Assembly: GCF_006345805.1 (NCBI RefSeq)
Contig: NC_043009.1
Location: 48,794,001-48,858,000, forward strand
Direction: 5' to 3'
From: Octopus sinensis
Lineage: Eukaryota
DNA length: 64,000 nucleotides
In this document: in pieces, positions 38,171 to 52,167 of the stretch
Layout of the letters: each line of letters opens with the position of its first letter
How positions within the stretch are numbered: the first letter of the stretch is position 1
Made by a program: the position numbers and the translations under genes
Notes under the pieces: generated by a model
What the model saw: the letters and a program-made list of their open reading frames with translations, nothing else
Told to the model about the DNA's origin: nothing
The model's database searches: none

Positions 38171-38973
38171 CATATACATAATATAAATATGTACACAATA
38201 TATATATATGTATAATATATATATATACATATAAATATATGTATATATATGTATATGTGTGTTTATATATATATATATATACATATACACACATATATAT
38301 ATGTATGTATATATATACATATACCTACATTATATATTATCTGATATGTGTTATATATATATATATATATACACACAAACAATGTATGTAATATATGCAT
38401 ATATGTATGTATCCACACACATACACATAGATTACGTAAGTGTACGAGTGTAAACTCATTTATATGTATACACGCATGTATCTTTTATTTGTTTCCTCCG
38501 TATTAATGTAACAGATCAAAAGCCAGGTTTTAATTAATAGACAAAGATTCTTTTGATACTATTCCGAGAACAATGACTAGAGACAAAGGTTAAACTTATG
38601 GAAAGTTTTGCATATTTTAAAGTCTACCGCTAATGGATTGAATTTCAAGAATTCACAAATGATTTTCTCGAATTCTTTGAGAAAATCCATTTTGCGTGTT
38701 TACATTTATATACATATTTGCAGTGCAGATAAAAATATAGGTGGATTATTGATCATAAACCATTATAACACATCGCCTTCATCATCGTCGTCGTCGTTGT
38801 CGTCATCTTCATCGTCGTCACTGCATTTATAGTCGCCATAGTCGTTCGCCTCCTTCGCAGTTTTAACGTTCTCTTCTTTGTTTTTGTTTGTTTACACAAC
38901 ATATATATATATGCATGCGCGCGCGTGTGTGCGTGTGTGTGTGTGTTGTGTGTGTGTGTGTGTGTGTGAGTGT

Positions 38974-39007
<34 letters not shown>

Positions 39008-39391
39008 TTTTTCATGCAGGCGTTAGATTGGATTGCATTTGCATTTGCATTTTCGTGTCTGCAATATTGCATCGTAATTCTATACAGCTTGATTATTCGA
39101 CATCTCATTTGTCAACAGAATCAAATAGAATTCCTTTATTACCATTTCGGTGGTGTGTGAGGTGGTGGCATTAATTAATAATATTTGGATACATAACTTT
39201 CAAAAGCATAAACACAGAAATTTTAACAAGCGGTGCCCATCGTTTATAAGAATTTCAGCTCCAATATACAACTGCTGGAAACAAACATATAGAAACACGA
39301 GCTAACACTGAGCCTTTATGTGGTCGATAGACATGTGAAAAATGGCTACTATATCGTTTAATGGCAATATATATTTCTTAGTCGGCTATAC

Positions 39392-39625
39392 CTATTTCTT
39401 TATTGCCCGCAAGGGGCTAAACATAGATGGGACAAACAAGGACAGACATAGGTATTAAGTCGATTACATCGACCCCAGTACGTAACTGGTACTTAATTTA
39501 TCGAACCCGAAAGGATGAAAGGCAAAGTCGACCTCGGCGGAAGTTGAACTCACAACATAACGGCAAACGAAATACCGCTAAGCATTTAGTTCGGCGTGTT
39601 AACGATTCTGCCAACTCGCCGCATT
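39392..39625 (-). mobile_element. SINE family B, full length
   Basis: Reverse complement starts GCGGCGAGTTGGCAGAATCGTTAACACGCC, contains GAGTTCAACTTCC and GAGGTCGACTTTGCCTTTCATCC, and ends GCCCCTTGCGGGCAATAAAGAAATAGG. Confidence 0.9.
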
Positions 39626-40957
39626 TTTAGTCCGCTATACCACTTATTAATGTACTCCAGACTGTAATAACTACATTATCCGACGTGTCCTCTGTTTTCT
39701 TGTAACGTCGAATGTGATTCGGTTGCTGTTTCTAGAAATTCTGGAAGTTAGGAGGACGCTTCCGTCATCCTCTGCATACCTGCACCTAATTAAAGAATAC
39801 ATAAGTATTTCCTTCAAAAACATTGATAGAGTAGCTTAATGATAGGTAAACATTGGTACTTCCAGAACGTAGCAATTCCAGAACATTGCAATTCTCTGGT
39901 TTGTAAATGTTTGTAGGATATATCTGCAGATATTATTATTATTATTATTATTATTTAATTATGTATATTTCTCTTTTTGTTTTCCAATATTAGCCTAATC
40001 CTTTGCGATTTAAAAGAGGAAATATATGATACATCGTCCATATTTAGGTGGCGGATTGCCAAAAACGTAAAGTGTAGGACAGGTTGCCACACAGTATATG
40101 TTCTAATCCTCACCATCCTGAGTTCACATCCCACCGGGGTCAGCTGTGACTTTCTGTATTTCGACGTCAGGAAATTATTAATACAGAGGAGGGAAGTGGT
40201 ACAAATTTAAGATCAAATGCCGTGTGTTATTTGTTATTGATCTGTGCATAATAAGTTCAATTCTAGCCAAGGCCCGCTTGGACGGTAAACATACTCCATT
40301 GCCCATTTTAACTCCACCATTTAGGAATTTGGGTGCTTGTATTGTGATGCACTCTGATTGGAGAATTTCTGGGCAGGCCTCTGTTTTGAGGACACCGTAA
40401 GCTTCCTTTCTGTCTTTCTCTTCCACTAGTCTTAGGGACGTTGTGGTCGGTCACGGAAACACTACATAGTCCTGATCAGAAAAAAAAATCAGATCTTCTA
40501 CATTCCCTTGTGAGACTATGGAGTAGCACTAGATAGGACCATCAGCAAAGTGCAGGCTGTCCTTTTAATTCACGCTTGGAAACATGGGTGTTTTGTTCAC
40601 GAAAATACAACAGGTGACCACGCATCGAAATATGTTCTCTGCATATATCATCGATTTGGTGCTAATCAAAATAAATCGTCGATACAGCTTGACATTAGTG
40701 ATGTCAGAGAAATTGCTAAGAGAATGCTAAGAAAAGCCGATAATAGCACCAAGTAGTTGCTCCTTCGTTCGAACAAATTTAGCTATCCACTGCCTTGCAC
40801 TGGTATTTTAATTATCGATCTTGAAATAGATATATATACTAAGTTGACCTCTGGGAAATTTGAAAGCAAACTTCAGGAAGCCGGAATAAACACTGCAATA
40901 CATTCGATACTACGCTCTAACGATTCTGCCAATTGACTGCCTTGAACCTCTTAAAAG

Positions 40958-41400
40958 CAGTGGCTCTTGTAGCTTCTGATCGGAAATGTTAGCATGTACA
41001 TGCTTTGTTCTTGTATAAAAGATGGATTACAGCAAATATTCTGCTCACTACCACAGCTGTACTTGGCATTTGCTTGACCTTAAACAGTTGAGCATGTCCC
41101 TTTAATTCACCCTTGGAAACATGGGTGTTTTGTTCATCCTCCCTAAGTAATCCTTATTCAGTGACCTCTTCAGTGTGATAGGCTACCTGACCCGGAGAAA
41201 ATTCTACCTGAGCCCCATATGTAAGGTCATGTGTTGTTTATCTTGATTTGCGGTCATCCTGTCGCACACATTTGGTTGCGATGCTTATGCCTGGTTTACT
41301 CTTATCTGACGAGTAGTCATGATGGGTATATTGGTCTTCGTATATTTGTACCCCAGTATCGCTTTGATGGTATAAATTGCTCTCTCATTCAATAATAATA
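40958..41400 (+). mobile_element. Internally deleted copy of the ~550-bp (AAT)n-tailed element
   Basis: Reverse complement of 4198-4744 with GAGCATGTCCCTT joined to TAATTCACCC; ends CTCTCATTC-AATAATAAT. Confidence 0.8.
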
Positions 41401-41409
41401 ATGAACTTA

Positions 41410-41705
41410 CGAGACTATAGGCAATTAGGGACTTTGAAGTGGTATCGATTGTGGTTGGCGCACTGCGAGCAGATAGTAAAATGTTAGATGCTTGACTTGA
41501 GAAGCTAGGAATTACCAATAGGACGGCACAGTTGCAGAAAATAGCCTTGTTAGGAACAGCAAGGATTCTAAGCAAAGTATTAGAAAGTTGAAGAAGAAAC
41601 GAGCCAAAGGACCTTTGGCCATGGGATATGGCTCACTTTTTTGATATAGTGTCAGTATAACACCCGCAGGAGAAAAGGCATCGCTGATACCAATAATAAT
41701 AATAA
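41410..41705 (+). mobile_element. R4/Dong-like LINE extreme 3' end with (AAT)n tail
   Basis: EVVSIVVGALRADSKMLDA*LEKLGITNRTAQLQKIALLGTARILSKVLES* is the RLE C-terminal motif; the UTR ends ATACC-AATAATAATAATAAT. Confidence 0.85.
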
Positions 41706-42469
41706 TCCTTTCTATTATAGGCAGATCAATCCCTCAAATTTCGGAGTGAGGGATTGATCGTTTACAATGTTCATTTGAATCTTACTTTATCGACCTCCGA
41801 AAAGATAATAATTTTTTCTACAATAGGAATAAGACCTGAAATTTTGGTGGGAGATATTAATTGACTACATCGATATTTTTATTTCACCTTGGAGGATAAA
41901 GGACTGACTTAACTTCGACATTATTTGACATCTGATGAGAAGGCAATGGAGCTAAATATTACAGAATATTTTGTTCGCCACATTTACAACTCTACAATTG
42001 GTACAATGCCAATAGATTGGGAACAAATATGTTAGTCGTTACTATCAGTTTCGTTTCTTGACTGGTATCTTATCTTATCAATCCTGGAGGAGTGAAAGTC
42101 AGAGTAAACCGGGACGTCATTGAACTCAAAACATAAGGCAATAGAATTAAGCAGAAAAAAATTATTTTGTCTGTTGTATTTACCATTTTACCATTTAATA
42201 GTAATAAGAAGTACATAACATAACGCTAACAATAACGAGAGTATGGAGAAAAAATTAGCTTGATATTATATTTGTTAACCGAGCCAATGTTCGACTTGGT
42301 TTTTAAATTCTACATACATCAAATAAACTTTGTTACCAGAATATACAATTTACACACGCAAACACACGCACGCACGCACATACACATACCCACTCACAGA
42401 TGTACACACTTAGATACATATGCACATACATACATATATGCATACATATCTACATAGCTATAATAGACA

Positions 42470-43451
<982 letters not shown>

Positions 43452-44490
43452 GAGTGTGTGTTTATCAGAGAGGTACGGGGAAGGAAAAGAACGGAGATAG
43501 TCTTTCACTGCAACCACAACGAAAAGCACCAACACGTCGACCAGCATCACCAACAACACTACGACCACGACCAAATATAACAGCGTCAGATGATGAATAT
43601 AAGAAACCAGTTGCAAGAACTAATGGAAGAAAATTAGTTACATCAGATATTCCGGTTTGCCAAATCCTGTTTATTATTGATTCCAAGTATTTTTTTCTGG
43701 TTTTGACTGGTTTTTCGCTGTGTTTTTGCTTAGCTTTTCATTCTGTCTGCTTTAATGTCATCGCTATGGTTCACTAACTTCTTGGTCATACGAATTCATT
43801 CTTTCAGGTTTGAACATCAATTGAGATGTAACTATGTATGCGTGTGTGTTTTAATATATGTACGTAAACTATATATGTATTTATTTGTGTAATATCAGAT
43901 ATATACATCCGTCTGTGTAAATAAGAATGTATATATATATATATATATATATATGCATATATGTGTTTAATTATGTATACATATCGATATTTTTATAATG
44001 ATATGCATGTATATATGTTGTGTGACTATGTATCTACATCTATGTGCCGTTGTGTAATTACGTATATGTATTATATATCTTTGCACATTATGATATAAGC
44101 ACATATATATAAATATATATGTGTGAGTATATATATATGTGTGTGTGTGTGTGTGTAAGTAAATGTGAATAAATGTATGTATGTATGTGTTTCTATATGT
44201 AAGTGCTTCTATTCTTGACTGTGTATAAACTTATGGGAAACCAAACACAGCAATATAAAAGAAATTGCTTCGCATCATAACTATTTCTATTGTAGGTCTG
44301 TATTGGCGTATATTTTATAGGTACGTACACATTCAACCTAGCAAACCCACTTAATCTCTCTATCTTTCTCTCTCACTCTCACACACACGCACAAGCACAC
44401 ATGTAACACACACTCCACACACATCCACACAACATATATATATGCGTATGTATACGTACTTATGCATACAGATGTATATATATGTATATA

Positions 44491-44549
<59 letters not shown>

Positions 44550-45233
44550 CACAAAATATTTGATCATATTACTCATTTTGGACACTACTATTAGCAACAT
44601 ACTAAGTATATATTTTACACAATACGCTATATCAGACCACAAACTGTAAATGTCAAGCCAACTGTATATATATATATATGCATAAAAAGTTCAATCATCA
44701 ATCACCTAAAACCAAATATATGATAGACTGACGAAATGAATGTATTTCCCATCTATCTCCTGACATGGGCATTTTCATCTTACCTCTCATCAATTCCCGG
44801 GAATTGTGAACGAATACTCAAGACGTTCGTCTCACACTCTCGCGTTTTCCGGTTTCATGTAGTTGCGTGGCATCTTGAAGAGATTTCATTTTCTATTGCC
44901 ACATGTCCACTGATACCCGGAGAATGAAACTTGATAAATGAAGGCTACTTAGAAGCCAATTGGATAACTTGTTTTATTTCAAAACCTTCAGTTTTATCAC
45001 ACCTTGTCGGTAGAATTCTGAGTGTGAATGACGTTAGTGTACACCTGTCTGTGGAGAAGTCAGTCACTTACATGTTAATTCAGGAGCAGGTAATTCGGCC
45101 TTCGATCAACCGAACAATATAAATCGACTAACACTGCTACGACAATTTAAACACCCCCCACCCCCACACACACATATATATATATATATAATATATTATA
45201 TATATATATAATATATATATATATTATAGAAGG

Positions 45234-45284
45234 AGCTTCTACAGGACTAGAACTGTTTCATTCAAATGAAATCATCAGGAAGCT
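45234..45284 (-). ncRNA. Type I hammerhead ribozyme motif with canonical core
   Basis: AGCTTC-CTGATGA-TTTCATTTGAAT-GAA-ACAG-TTCTAGTC-CTGT-A-GAAGCT: 6-bp stem I, 4-bp stem III, GUA site. Stem II is short and closed by U-U instead of G-C. Confidence 0.7.
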
Positions 45285-45331
45285 TCCTGGTGATTTCATT
45301 TGAATGAAACAGTTCTAGTCCTGTAGAAGCT
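45281..45331 (+). ncRNA. Mirror-image type I hammerhead motif with A6G core change (CUGGUGA)
   Basis: Identical stems to the minus-strand copy; GUA site with cleavage predicted after 45325; followed by AATAAA at about 45342. Confidence 0.6.
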
Positions 45332-46300
45332 CCTTCTATAAAATAAATTAATTACTCTGCTATGTATTGAGTACCTTATTTACTGTAGTTAACCCCGACT
45401 CAACCCGGGATCTATATATATATATATATATATATATAATGTATGTATGTATGTATGTATGTATGTATGTATGTATGTATATATATTTATATATATATAT
45501 ATACATACGGACAAATATATATAAATTCATATACATATATATAAATATATATGTGTGTACGTGTGTCTGTGTATTTATATGTATATATGTCTATACGCAC
45601 ACACACTCATATACATGATATATATGTAAATATAGAACTATACGTATTCATACGCATATATGACTTCAAATCGAATTGTTCAGATTCCCTTGACTCTCAT
45701 CCACACACTATCATTTTCATAGCGTGCTATATTTTCTCTCCAGTACGTTCAATATCATCTGTTAACTGACCGATGTAGGACTTTGCTCGACCATCAGTCA
45801 TATTACAGCCATTTCCAGGTGACCGATGTAAGTTTCTGCTTACCTGCTTTCTCTTAATTTTTAAGGATTTTAAATCTTGGTAGTTCTAACCCAACCAGAC
45901 AAGTCTGAAGTTAAATACTAGATTAAAAGATAATCGCTATCAGATTTTGAGAAATTACATGTTAAACGTGATATACTTTGTTGGTAGGGTCTGCAGATAG
46001 CAATTAAGCAATGACCAAATTTGGAAGAGACATGAGTTTGAATAATGGAATCATTTCGATGACATTGCCTAATGTCACCTAGTTCCAAAAATGAACATTT
46101 GTTGACATCTTTAGAACGAACGATTACAGATAGATGTCATACAGCCATTAAAAGATTCATTTTGCACCTACCTAACTACCTACCCACCCACTCATTCACC
46201 TACCTACCTGCCTACTTAACCAACTCACTCACACACCAACCAACCTACCCACCTACAAACATACATACATATCTACCTGCCTGCGTATCTATATGTGTGC

Positions 46301-46344
<44 letters not shown>

Positions 46345-46867
46345 ATGTATGTGTCTATATATATATACATATATATACAAATGCATATAGATATATATAT
46401 GTATGTGTGTGTATATCTCTCTCTCTTTCTTTATATATATATACATACATACATACATACATATATAAACATAGCGAGACATATATACGCACACAGAAAT
46501 GCAGAGATACACACACTCACACAACCGCACGTGCACACACACATTTGCACGCACACACACACACACATACAATGCATTCCGGAACACGTTTTACCCGTTG
46601 TTGGGAAATGTCTATAAGCATCAAAATTAAATTTATTATTCTTTAATTACTTTTAGCATGTAATCAAGCCTTTTCTCTAATTACATTGCACGTTTTGTTT
46701 TATATTCTACAAGAAACACTAAATTCGAACTCTTCTACTGTTCGCCTTCAATAAATTGTAATTTTACCAGTTACCCTGTTTCTGCTAGAGACTTTATTCC
46801 TATTAATATTTACCTTGTATTAATTTTCTTATAACTACTGCTTTCAATATATGTATATATATATAAT

Positions 46868-46923
<56 letters not shown>

Positions 46924-48835
46924 ATATATATATGTTGGAATATTTTGCTGGTGGAATCCTTCTGGCAAAGGGTCTTATCGAAAGTGAAGTTTTGTTTCTA
47001 GATTGAAGGCCGTGTTAACATGTATTTTCACTTCGATACCTTTCTAAAACCATTATTTCTTTAGTACTTTGGTGATTCTTTTGTTTTTATTCTTATTTGC
47101 CCAGCAGTCCTACAAGTATCACATATGCATTCATATTTGTTTGATGTAGGGATTTTCAATCTGTTGTTATAAGGTACCTAGAGCCACATGATACATACAT
47201 TTATCTATCTTTCTTTCTTTGCGTCTTTCTCGTTATGCGTGTGTACGTCTGTGTGTGAAAATAATCAAAGGTCCTTCCCGTATGCTGTCCTCTTACACTA
47301 TAAACATACACAGGAGCTAAAAAGTCTGTAAACTCAGTTGGTACTGATAAAATTGAGACAGACACGACACAGAAGTATGTCCATCCGGGCAATTATTTAA
47401 AGAGTTTGTGTAAGTATGAAATAAAAATCATTCCATTTGTTATCTCATTAGTCGCCTTATTGTCAGTTAAAAGCGAGACACATTCCATGATGGCAAGTTT
47501 TCATTGATATTGTGATAAGCTTTATCAAAACAGCATTCATTATAGACACAGCAGAAATTCTTATCAATAATTGACAGTATAAAGACCAAGATAATTCCAT
47601 GGCTATATCATTAATTATTTAAGTGGATTAGTGATATTTTTTATCGTTTTCTTTCTTTTGATTACAGATAAATGGTGGCTGTTATGATGGCGAAAAAATA
47701 TGTCGGCTATATTTCATTGAATATCTTGCCTACGGTTTTGTTGTATCGTAAAAAAAATATTACGAAGCTAGCATACCTTACGTATGTGTGTGTATGTGTG
47801 TATGTATGCATATATGTATAAAGGTGGGTATGTGCCTGTATGTGTGTGCGTGTTTGTATATGTGTGTGTGTGTTTGTGTACATGTGTGGGCGTGTTGCAG
47901 CAGTACGTTCAAAGTACAGAAAGTAATCATGTACAAGCCATCGCGAGACAATGCACTTAATAAGAAAAACAACTCACCAGGGTTCGAGAATAAAAATGAG
48001 TCATTTGTGAAGAAGAAAAACTTTGAGCCAAATATTTAGTTAAGAAGTAACTCCGAAGGAGACAACAACGGTTTTCTTGCAATTTACGAGATTTGATAGA
48101 TAACTACAAAATATTCCAGCGATATACTAGTGATAAAAATTCCGATTTTGTCTGTGGAATTTATCTACAGGAATTTCAGTTGTCGTGAAGCAGTGTTCAT
48201 AAAATTACTCAGGTCATCCCATTGGGATTCCTTGATGAAATAACTAAGTATAGAGGAAAAAATTATCTTCTAACAGTGCATACCGTAATTGGAGATGGTT
48301 CTTAGTTACAAGAGGAAATGTCTTAATTCTTGAGGAATAACAACAAAACAAATGGTTACAAAATGCTTAAAGAAAGTCAGTGAGGCTTATTTAACAGAAA
48401 GGGATATTTCAATGTAATAGATTGTGCAGTAGATACTGAGAGCAATTGCTTGAATAAGCAAAACTGCTTGATGTTGTTTGTATACACAATATGGTTAGCT
48501 TTCAATATTTCACTACTGTACACAAACTCGGAGTAGGTTTTTATGATGCGCATATAATTGTAATATAGGCTGTGAACCAAGAATTTCTAATGCTGTAAGT
48601 GAACATTTCGACACAACCAAGAATTAGATCATACACTGGTGTACGAGAAGGTTCGAGAGCTGTCAAAATGCAATTGTCTGCATCACTTGTGATATTTCTC
48701 CAAAATCAGCATCTTACTATACATTTTCATTGCTGCCAAATAGGATATATTTCATATTTCAGTTTTCGCTAGTACAATAATCGATCGCTATTTAAATCAA
48801 ATACAAACGTAACAGTAAAGGCCTATATGTGTATA

Positions 48836-48871
<36 letters not shown>

Positions 48872-48899
48872 CATCATCATCATCATCATCATCATCATC

Positions 48900-49119
48900 T
48901 GGGCAGTGAGATTGCTGAATCCTTGCTGCACCAAACAAAATGCTTACCAGCATTTTCTCCAGCTCTTGACATTCCGAGTTCAAATTCTGATGAGGCTGAC
49001 TTTGCCTTCCATTTTTCTAGGATTGATAGAATAAGCACCACACCCCTGAAATTGCCGGCCTTGAGCCAAAATTCGAAGCCATTCTTCTTCTTCTTCTTCT
49101 TCTCTTCTTCTTCTTCTTC

Positions 49120-49183
<64 letters not shown>

Positions 49184-49260
49184 GCTGGCGAGCTGGCAGA
49201 ATCATTAGCATGCTGGACAAGATGCTTAGCGTTATTTCATCCGTCGTTACATTCTGAGTA
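48900..49260 (+). mobile_element. Two SINE family B fragments separated by (CTT)n/(ATT)n
   Basis: GAGTTCAAATTCTGATGAGGCTGACTTTGCCTTCC near 48975; TAAGCTGGCGAGCTGGCAGAATCATTAGC near 49181. Confidence 0.7.
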
Positions 49261-49827
49261 TGTATGTATGTATGCATGTATGTATGTATGTATGTATGTA
49301 TTTATGTATGCATGTATGTATGTATTTATGTATTATGTATGTATGTGTTTATGTATGTATGTGTGTATGTATGTATGTATGTATGCATGTATGTATGTAT
49401 TTATGTATGTATGTATGCATGTATGTATGTATTTATGTATGTATGTACATTTGCATGTGCGCATATATAATAGCTCTGTCAACTAATTCATACCATGGAA
49501 CATTTGAACACAGAAAATTTGTTCACTAGAAGTTTCATAACTCAATGTTACTAAGGTAATTGTATGCAACAGATCTATAGCTATTCAAGCAGTCTTTGGT
49601 AAAATTGACTTCATAATAATTTACTGCAGTTTAACACTGATATTTGGTCTTAGCCAGCTAGCTTCTATTTCTGTCCATTGCAAAGATGGCTTCATTTTAA
49701 TCGTTGATATCGAAAAGATTCTGAAATGAAAGGAACATTTCAGTTACTTTTTACATTACATGCACAACAGAAAGAACGTTAGGGAAAAATAGTACAGCAT
49801 CATTGTATTGTAGAAACTTATAACATA

Positions 49828-49989
49828 GGCGTAGGAGTGGCTGTGTGGTAAGTAGCTTGCTTATGAACCACATGGTTCCGGATTCAGTCCCACTTCGTGG
49901 CACCTTGGACAAGTGTCTTCTACTATAGCCTCGGGTCGACCAACGCCTTCTGAGTGGATTTGATAGATGGAAACTGAAAGAAGCTCGTC

Positions 49990-50033
<44 letters not shown>

Positions 50034-50210
50034 GTGTGTATAAGCTTGTGTGTCTGTGTTTGTCCCCCCGACATCGCTTGACAACCGATGCTGGTGTGTT
50101 TACGGCTCCGAAACCTAGCCGTTCAGCAAAAGAGACCGATAGAATAAGTACTAGGCTTACAAAGAATAAGTCCTTGGGTCGACTTGCTCGACTAAAGGCG
50201 GTGCTTCAGC
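49828..50210 (+). mobile_element. SINE family A truncated at its 3' end by an RTE fragment
   Basis: ATAGGCGTAGGAGTGGCTGTGTGGTAAGTAG...GGCGGTGCTTCAGCA, then switches to RTE sequence. Confidence 0.9.
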
Positions 50211-50495
50211 ATTAGACGAAGGAAATGGAGTTGGATCGGATATACACTGCGGAAAGAACCCTCAAATGTGAAACGACAAGCACTTGATTGGAAACCGCAG
50301 GGGAAAAAGAAGCGAGACGCCCGAAGCGAGTATGGAAGCGGAGCGTTTTGGACGAGCTCAGGACCGCCGGCCTGACATGGGAAGCAGCCAAGAAACACGC
50401 CAATGACCGCAAAAAGTGGAAAACAACTGTTGAGGCGCTATGCTCCACAAGGGGCAAAAAGGATTAAGAGAGAAAGAGAGAGAGGGAGAGAGAGA
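50211..50495 (+). mobile_element. RTE-clade LINE 3' end with (GA)n tail
   Basis: [84 protein letters not shown]. Confidence 0.9.
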
Positions 50496-50834
50496 GAGGG
50501 GGTCACAAGAGAAGTACAGACAATCTTCCTTAATTAAGTTTTTGCTGACGCAACGAAAGCTTTTGCACTCGGGGATGTTTAATTAACCATAACCTTACTA
50601 CATTTTTGCAAAAATTTCGTACTGCGTAGTTTACTAAATTTAGTTTTCTAAATTGGAACAGAGGTTCAGAACCTCTGGTATAATAGTCACTGAATATAAT
50701 ATGAGTGGGTCGAAACACCAGAGTTTACTGCGAAGTCTTGTGTTTTTAGCACACCACTCTGAGAATATTCTCTGCAACGAGATATTAGAATTAGTGCCAT
50801 TGCACATTTGTCTGAATATCATAAATAATGATAA

Positions 50835-51272
50835 TAAATTGATATAAACGTATCTGTCAAGACTTACCAGAAACTGAGCAAATATAAAGATCTGGAAATA
50901 GAAATCAGCGAAATGTGGAACCTGAAGACTAAAACAATACCTGTTGTCATGGGTGCTCTGGGAATGATAGCAAAAGGGGCTGATTGCTACCTAACTCAGA
51001 TACCAGGAAACCCCAAAATGGCAGAAATTCAAAAGATAGTGCTCATGGGAACTTGCTCATATTCTACGCAAAATACTTTCTTTGTAATCTTTTTAAAACA
51101 AACATAATTTTCGTATGGTTTTTTTAGGCATTCACTAGTATAACACTAAGTACAAAACCAAATATATGGCACACTAGGCATAATACCAACATGAACTTCC
51201 AACTTGTTGTCTCTTGAGGTCTCTGGGTGAGACTTGGAGCCAGCTTGTGCAAATGTAAAGCAAATGTCAAAC

Positions 51273-51330
<58 letters not shown>
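50835..51330 (+). mobile_element. R4/Dong-like LINE 3' end, UTR and (TAA)n tail
   Basis: KTYQKLSKYKDLEIEISEMWNLKTKTIPVVMGALGMIAKGADCYLTQIPGNPKMAEIQKIVLMGT/HILRKIL; (TAA)n at about 51277-51330. Confidence 0.9.
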
Positions 51331-51331
<1 letters not shown>

Positions 51332-51357
51332 TATGCACGTATGTACGTACATACACT

Positions 51358-51407
<50 letters not shown>

Positions 51408-52134
51408 ATATGGTTTCACGTCAGAATATACTAATGGTTTCCTATCTTCTACGAAATTTTATCATCTTTTTCTGACAGAGCAGTAGACGAAATCTGTGAA
51501 AAGAAACATGAAATGCCATTTGATACTTTACAACAATACTATTAATTCTTGATGCCAGAACACTGAAATGTACTTAACTAAGAACTGAACCCTACACCCG
51601 TACACTTCCCGTTGAGATTTTACCACTTCGACTATCTTGCTTAGTATCTCCATGTTGGTCCTGTTGCTCACCATAGAATTATTGCAAAGATATGATATAG
51701 AAAACTGTTATATACCACATATATTTACATGCATTATGCACCATTGTATTTATTTATCTTTTGTAAAGCTGTCACAAAGAATAAATATTGAATATTTTTA
51801 CGGACTTAATTGAATGTAATATTTTAAAACGTTTTCATATCTACAAAGCTTTTCAACTTTGAGTCAAGAGCTATGTATCTCACTTTTCATTTATCGGTTT
51901 ATCTCTCTCACTCTATCTATCTATCTATCTATCTATTTATCACTCTATCTCTTTATCTATCTGTTAGTCTATTTACTTATCTATCAATCTGCCTGTCTGT
52001 CTGCATGTCTGTCTGTTTATCTATCTATCTTTTGTTAATCATATCTACCTTTATATTTATCTATAAGTCTGTCAGTCCATCTGTCCTTTTCTCATCTTCA
52101 TAGACACACAAAATGTGTGTGTGTGTGTGTGTAT

Positions 52135-52167
<33 letters not shown>

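Larger units (their letters stand above)
45224..45341. repeat. Zero-loop palindrome, 59-bp arms, one T/G mismatch (45275/45290)
   Basis: Base-by-base pairing about the AAG|CTT centre at 45282/45283; (TA)n on the left, and the element continues to about 45415 before (TA)n on the right. Confidence 0.97.

Noticed and set aside
40178-40440. 82-aa minus-strand ORF in moderately GC-rich sequence
   Set aside because: No recognisable domain in any frame; probably an unclassified repeat.
43454-43777. 107-aa ORF with hydrophobic C-terminus
   Set aside because: Starts in a microsatellite edge, crosses a CCA/CAA-like tract, and has no recognisable motif or convincing splice signals.
44791-44806. 16-bp perfect palindrome CAATTCCCGGGAATTG; also a 10-bp inverted repeat at 7171-7201
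   Set aside because: Short enough to be chance in 64 kb; no supporting context.
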